From: Candidatus Borkfalkia faecigallinarum
Lineage (GTDB): Bacteria; Bacillota; Clostridia; Christensenellales; Borkfalkiaceae
DNA: 64,000 nt
Assembly: GCA_019114625.1 (NCBI GenBank)
Contig: DXFD01000083.1
Span: forward strand, 1,845 to 65,844
Direction of reading: 5' to 3'
A program made the position numbers and the translations under genes. The notes beneath the pieces were generated by a model, which saw only the letters and a program-made list of their open reading frames with translations, was not told the DNA's origin and searched no databases. This document shows positions 59,168-64,000 of the stretch, one piece after another (the first letter of the stretch is position 1; each line of letters starts with the position of its first letter).

Positions 59168-61270
59168 ATGACAAAAAATTTCAGACAGTTTGAGACGATG
59201 GTCGGCGGCAAGAAGGTCATCGTCGAGACGGGCAAGTACGCCGAGCAGGCCAACGGATCCTGCGTCGTCCGCTGCGGGGACACGGTCGTCATGGTCAACG
59301 TGACGATGTCCGAGAAGCCGCGCGAGGGGATGGATTTCTTCCCGCTGCAGGTCGACTTCGAAGAGAAGATGTATGCGGTCGGCAAGATCCCGGGCGGCTT
59401 CAAAAAGCGCGAAGGGCGTGCGAGCGATAAGGGGATCCTCACCTCCCGTCTCATCGACCGCCCGATCCGTCCGCTCTTCCCGAAGGGCCTGTTCAACGAC
59501 GTCGTGGTCATCGCGACCGCGCTCTCCGTCGACACGAATATCCCGCCCGAACCGTTCGCGATGCTCGGCAGCTCGATCGCACTGAGCATTTCCGACATCC
59601 CCTGGGCCGGCCCGACCGGCTCCGTGCAGGTCGGTATGGTGGACGGCGAGTATGTCATCAATCCCGACAACGCCCAGCGCGAAAAGAGCCGTCTCGCCCT
59701 CAGCCTTTCCGGCACGAAGGACGCGATCATGATGGTCGAGGCAGGGGCGAAGGAAGTCTCCGATGAGGAGATGGTCGGCGCGATCCTCTTCGGCCATGAA
59801 GAGATCAAGAAGCTGTGCGCCTTTATCGAGGGCATCCAGAGGGAGATCGGCAAGCCCAAGCGTCAGATGGAGCTGTACCACATTCCGGAAGACATCGACG
59901 CGGCGGTCCGCGCCTATGCGTCCGCGAAGCTGGACGCCGCCCTCGAAGAGTTCGATCGCGCCGCGCGCGAAGAGAAGCAGGACGAGGTCGAAAAGGACGT
60001 CCTCGCGCACTTTGCGGACGTCTATCCCGGCAAAGAGCGGGAGATGAAGGACAGCCTGTATTACCTCACCAAAGAGAAGGTCCGCGCCAAGATCCTGGAC
60101 AAGGGCTTCCGCCCCGACGGCCGCTCCCTCAAGGAGATCCGTCCCATCTGGTGCGAAGCGGGCATCCTTCCCCGCGTGCACGGTTCCGCCGTGTTCACCC
60201 GCGGCCAGACGCAAGTCCTGTCGACCTGCACGCTCGGCACGCTGAGCGAAGTGCAGAAGCTGGACGGCCTGGACGACGAAGTTTCCAAGCGCTATATGCA
60301 CCAGTATAATTTCCCCGGCTATTCGACGGGCGAAGCGAAAGGCCTCAAGAGCCCCGGCCGCCGCGAGATCGGCCACGGCGCCCTCGCGGAGCGCGCGCTC
60401 GAGCCGGTCGTCCCCGGTGAGGACGAGTTCCCGTACGCCATCCGCATGGTCTCGGACGTCCTCAGCTCGAACGGTTCCACCTCGCAGGCGAGCGTCTGCG
60501 GTTCCACGCTGGCGCTCATGGATGCGGGCGTCCCCATCAAGGCTCCCGTCGCCGGCTGCGCCATGGGCCTGATCAAGGACGCCGAGAGCGACCGCATCGC
60601 GATCCTGACCGACATCCAGGGCCTCGAGGACTTCCTCGGCGATATGGACTTCAAGGTCGCCGGTACCGAAAAGGGCATCACCGCGATCCAGATGGACATC
60701 AAGATCAAGGGCATTTCGGAAGAGATCCTTCGCCGCGCGATCTCGCAGGCGAACGAGGGACGCCGGTTCATCCTGCATAAGATGCTCGAAGTCCTGCCCG
60801 AACCCCGCGAACAGCTCTCCAAGTACGCGCCGAAGATCATCTCCTTCAACATCCATCCGGACAAGATCCGCGAGGTCATCGGCAGCGGCGGCAAGGTCAT
60901 CAACAAGATCATCGAGGAGACCAACGTCAAGATCGACATCGACGACGACGGCAAGGTCTGCATCGCGACGTACGGCGAGAACACCGAGAACGCGGAACGC
61001 GCCAAGGCGATCATCCTCTCCATCGCGCGCGACCCCGAAGTCGGCGATATGTTCATCGGCTCCGTCGTCCGCATCCTTTCCAAGATCGGCGCGTTTGTCG
61101 AGCTGGCTCCCGGCAAGGACGGCATGATCCACATCTCAAAGCTGGGCGGCGACCGCCGTACCGGTCAGGTCGAGGACGTGCTCAACATCGGCGATACCGT
61201 CAAGGTCGAGATCATCAAGATCGGCGAAAAGGGCATCGACTTGAAGCTGCTCGAAAAGATGGACGCATAA
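59168..61270 (+). CDS. pnp: Polyribonucleotide nucleotidyltransferase
   Basis: SRLIDRPIRPLFP, RREIGHG and GDMDFKVAG motifs; KH and S1 domains. Confidence 0.98.
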   Translation: MTKNFRQFETMVGGKKVIVETGKYAEQANGSCVVRCGDTVVMVNVTMSEKPREGMDFFPLQVDFEEKMYAVGKIPGGFKKREGRASDKGILTSRLIDRPIRPLFPKGLFNDVVVIATALSVDTNIPPEPFAMLGSSIALSISDIPWAGPTGSVQVGMVDGEYVINPDNAQREKSRLALSLSGTKDAIMMVEAGAKEVSDEEMVGAILFGHEEIKKLCAFIEGIQREIGKPKRQMELYHIPEDIDAAVRAYASAKLDAALEEFDRAAREEKQDEVEKDVLAHFADVYPGKEREMKDSLYYLTKEKVRAKILDKGFRPDGRSLKEIRPIWCEAGILPRVHGSAVFTRGQTQVLSTCTLGTLSEVQKLDGLDDEVSKRYMHQYNFPGYSTGEAKGLKSPGRREIGHGALAERALEPVVPGEDEFPYAIRMVSDVLSSNGSTSQASVCGSTLALMDAGVPIKAPVAGCAMGLIKDAESDRIAILTDIQGLEDFLGDMDFKVAGTEKGITAIQMDIKIKGISEEILRRAISQANEGRRFILHKMLEVLPEPREQLSKYAPKIISFNIHPDKIREVIGSGGKVINKIIEETNVKIDIDDDGKVCIATYGENTENAERAKAIILSIARDPEVGDMFIGSVVRILSKIGAFVELAPGKDGMIHISKLGGDRRTGQVEDVLNIGDTVKVEIIKIGEKGIDLKLLEKMDA

Positions 61271-61297
61271 ATTTTCAAAGTACAGATAAAAATATCC

Positions 61298-61320
61298 GCG
61301 GGCGCCGAAACGGCGCCCGC
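61298..61320. terminator. Terminator hairpin after pnp
   Basis: GCGGGCGCCG-AAA-CGGCGCCCGC followed by T-rich sequence. Confidence 0.7.
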
Positions 61321-61433
61321 GTTCTCTTTATGTCTTGTTTGTCCGGTATGGAGAAAGACGGCGGATCGAAAGAGCGGGGAGGCTTTCCGTAGGGAAGGTC
61401 TCCCCGCTTCATCGTTTTGCAAACGGAAGGGAG

Positions 61434-62480
61434 TTATCGCTGTTCGCTGCAGCGGATGGCGACTTTGACGACGCCGTCGCGGCGATTTTCAAACAGATCG
61501 TAGGCGCGCTCGATCTCGCGCAGGGGGAAGGTGTGCGTGATGAGCGGCTCGGCGTCCAGTTTGCCCTCTTCGATCAGCCGCAGGATCGCGGCGCAGTCGC
61601 AGCCGTCCACGCCGCCCGTCTTAAAGACGAGGTTTTTGCCGTACATGGAGGGCAGGGGAAGCACCTGCGGCTCGTCGTACATGGCGACGATGGTCACGAT
61701 GGCGTTCGGCCGCGCGCATTGCCACGCCAGGCGGAAGGTCTCCGCCGTCCCGGCGACTTCAAAGACGCGGTCCGCGCCGCCGTGTTCGCTGTGGTCGCGC
61801 ACAAAATTTTCCAGCCCTTCGGGCGGCACGACGAGCGCCTCGGGGCAGAGCTTCGCGGCAAAGGCGCGGCGTTCGGCGTCCTTCTCGCAGACGATGATGC
61901 GCTTGGGTCGGTGCAGGCGCGCGCATTGCAGCGTGCACAGCCCTGTCGGGCCCGCGCCGAGGATGAGGATCGTGTCCCCTTCGCCGATCTCGCCGATGCG
62001 TGCCGCCCAGTAGCCGGTCGCCAGCAGATCGCCGACAAAGAGCGCCTGTTCGTCCCGCACGCCGTCGGGGATGCGCGTCAGCCCCTGGTCGGCGAGGGGA
62101 ATGCGCACATATTCCGCCTGTCCGCCGTCGATGCGGCAGCCGATGGCCCAGCCGCCTTCCGGGTGCGAGCAGTTGTTGACGAACCCGTGTTCGCAAAAGA
62201 AGCAGCGGCCGCAGTACGTCTCCACGTTGACGGCGACGCGGTCGCCGGGACGGACGCTTTGTACGGCTGGGCCGACGCTCTCCACGACGCCGACCAGCTC
62301 GTGGCCGACGGTGACGCCGACGCGTGCGCGCGGCACGCTCCCGTGCTTGATGTGCAGATCGCTCGTGCAGACGGAGGCGAGGGTCACGCGGACGATCGCG
62401 TCCTCCGCGTCCGAAAGGGCGGGTTTTTCCTTCTCGACGAGCGCAAAGCGCCCCCGTTCCGCGTATGTGTAGGCAAGCAT
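61434..62480 (-). CDS. Zinc-dependent alcohol dehydrogenase (MDR family)
   Basis: CTSDLH, GHE, CGRCFFC...NC and GAGPTG motifs. Confidence 0.93.
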   Translation of the reverse strand: MLAYTYAERGRFALVEKEKPALSDAEDAIVRVTLASVCTSDLHIKHGSVPRARVGVTVGHELVGVVESVGPAVQSVRPGDRVAVNVETYCGRCFFCEHGFVNNCSHPEGGWAIGCRIDGGQAEYVRIPLADQGLTRIPDGVRDEQALFVGDLLATGYWAARIGEIGEGDTILILGAGPTGLCTLQCARLHRPKRIIVCEKDAERRAFAAKLCPEALVVPPEGLENFVRDHSEHGGADRVFEVAGTAETFRLAWQCARPNAIVTIVAMYDEPQVLPLPSMYGKNLVFKTGGVDGCDCAAILRLIEEGKLDAEPLITHTFPLREIERAYDLFENRRDGVVKVAIRCSEQR

Positions 62481-62602
62481 TTCTTATTTCCTCGATCTAT
62501 TTTGTTTCTAATTAAGAGTATTTAATAACAGAATAAATTTTCTTTGCGCCGCCGCGGCCGTATGCCTCGCACAGGTTTCACGCGCAACGGCGCGCATCCG
62601 GT

Positions 62603-62629
62603 ATTATTTCACGCATAGTACTTCGCTCA
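62603..62629 (-). repeat. Dispersed AGTACT-core motif, copy 10 (begins at the upstream gene's stop codon)
   Basis: TGAGCGAAGTACTATGCGTGAAATAAT on the minus strand. Confidence 0.85.
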
Positions 62630-63355
62630 TTGCTTTTCGGGCATATATTTCCAGTAGCGGACGGGCATATACGCCTTCATTTGCTGCTCGTGCGGCCGTT
62701 GGGCGATGTTGACGGAGCGGTAGTATTCCTTCCAGAGCGCTTGGAAGCCTTCCTCGTAGGCGGACAGGGCGACGTCGACCTTTTCCTCCGTCCGCGTGAG
62801 GATGCAGTCCCGGCCGTTGTACAGGGCGGCCTTGCGGCGGGCGGTGTCGTGGATGACGAACGCCTGATTCGCGAACCGCTTCAAAAAATGGGGAAGGATC
62901 AGTTCGAGGACGTCGTTGTCGGGGGCAAAGGGGCCGTAAAAGACGCCGTTGGCGCCCTCCATGAACCGCAGGAAGCCGGTAAAGTTGTGCGCCTCGCCTG
63001 TGACCTTTTTGATCTCCGTCATCGCCTCGAGCACTTCCGGCTCGGCGAGGCGGTCGCGCACGGGCCCGCCTTCGCGCACGATGCGCCGCAGGTAGGCGAG
63101 GGCGGTCATCTCCCGCGTGTCGCAGCCCCGCCGCAGGAGGAGGCCGATCTCGCGCAGGCAGCGCCCGTCCAGGGCGCGCAGTTTGCGCTTGACGCGGTCG
63201 CGCTTCTCGGCGTCTTCGCGAACGCAGACTGTCTCGGCGCCCAGCGGGAGCTGGACGCTGCGGGCGGAGGTGACGATGCAGCCGCGGTCCGTGCAGGCGG
63301 TGAAAGCCGCCGTATAGAAGCACCCTTCGGTGCCGTCGGTCAGGTAGATCCTCAT
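62627..63355 (-). CDS. TIGR03915/DUF4130 putative DNA repair protein
   Basis: DGT.EG..TA-like start, EAH...GFLRF, HF..RF....F.IHD..R, LW..YY and MP.RYW.YMPE motifs. Confidence 0.88.
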   Translation of the reverse strand: MRIYLTDGTEGCFYTAAFTACTDRGCIVTSARSVQLPLGAETVCVREDAEKRDRVKRKLRALDGRCLREIGLLLRRGCDTREMTALAYLRRIVREGGPVRDRLAEPEVLEAMTEIKKVTGEAHNFTGFLRFMEGANGVFYGPFAPDNDVLELILPHFLKRFANQAFVIHDTARRKAALYNGRDCILTRTEEKVDVALSAYEEGFQALWKEYYRSVNIAQRPHEQQMKAYMPVRYWKYMPEKQ

Positions 63356-63999
63356 AATTGTCCGGTCAGCGCGCTCTGCGCCGTTTCGGGGGTGGAGAAG
63401 AAGGAGAGCTGCTCGTACCGTTCCTCCCGGCTTTCCAGCGCGAGCAGGGTGCGCACGGCGGAAAAGCGTTCTTCGCCGCAGAATTTTCCACGGCAGGTGA
63501 TAAAATGTTTGGCGCGTTTGAGGACGATGCGCATACGGGCGAGGTCTTCGAACCCGAGCGCGGCAAACTTCCGCGCTTGGACGATGCGATAGGCTCCCAT
63601 CGTGCCGATGCCGGGCACGCGCAGCAGCATTTCGAGGGGCGCGCGGTTGATCTCGACGGGGAACAGATGCATGTTTTTCAGTGCCCAGGCGCACTTGGGG
63701 TCGTATTCTTCGGGCAGGTCGTCGCCGACGGCGGCGAGCTCGGCGGCGGAAAATCCGTAAAAGCGGAGCAGCCAGTCCGCCTGGTACAGCCTGTGTTCGC
63801 GCAGCAGCCCCGTGCATTTGTCGGGCAGGAGGGAGTGCCGCACGACCGGCACATAGGAGGAGTAGTACACCCGTTTGAGCGAAAATTTCCGATAGAGCGC
63901 TTCGCTCAGCCGCAGGATCTGCCCGTCCGATTCGGGCGACGCGCCCACGATCATCTGCGTCGTCTGTCCGGCGGGCAAAAACGTGCGTTTTCGCCTTCC
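63352..63999 (-). CDS. TIGR03916 putative DNA modification/repair radical SAM protein, C-terminal part (5' end outside the window)
   Basis: PAGQTTQMIVGA, LKRVYYS, REHRLYQADWLLRFYGF, DPK..WAL and LLRVPGIG (HhH) motifs. Confidence 0.92.
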   Translation of the reverse strand, partial: GRRKRTFLPAGQTTQMIVGASPESDGQILRLSEALYRKFSLKRVYYSSYVPVVRHSLLPDKCTGLLREHRLYQADWLLRFYGFSAAELAAVGDDLPEEYDPKCAWALKNMHLFPVEINRAPLEMLLRVPGIGTMGAYRIVQARKFAALGFEDLARMRIVLKRAKHFITCRGKFCGEERFSAVRTLLALESREERYEQLSFFSTPETAQSALTGQL

Positions 64000-64000
64000 C

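Overview
GC-rich Clostridia-type (Bacillota) chromosomal segment, mostly housekeeping. Blocks include rsmD-coaD-DAHP synthase-pheA-ylbJ-patatin-rarA, prs-pth-mfd, mtnN-luxS-ung-apgM, argH, ruvCAB-queA-tgt-yajC-SCIFF ranthipeptide locus-secDF-recJ-rel-hemZ and rpsO-pnp, plus seven tRNA genes. I recognised no integrase, transposase, cas gene or phage gene. The most unusual signals are non-coding. (1) A ~27-bp motif with a palindromic core (TWTGCRD-AGTACT-VTGY...A) occurs 10 times, nine at gene junctions and one inside a CDS. (2) A small element downstream of both tRNA-Lys(CTT) and tRNA-Gly(CCC) carries twin covarying C-GNA-G hairpins in front of a copy of the local tRNA 3' end. (3) A promoter/terminator-bounded structured RNA lies antisense to a cryptic small ORF. 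Protein-level oddities are a SecD/SecF pair apparently lacking the proton-relay residues, a 752-aa PrsA-like lipoprotein, and a C-terminally extended SCIFF precursor missed by the ORF track. All calls are by eye; no database searches were run.
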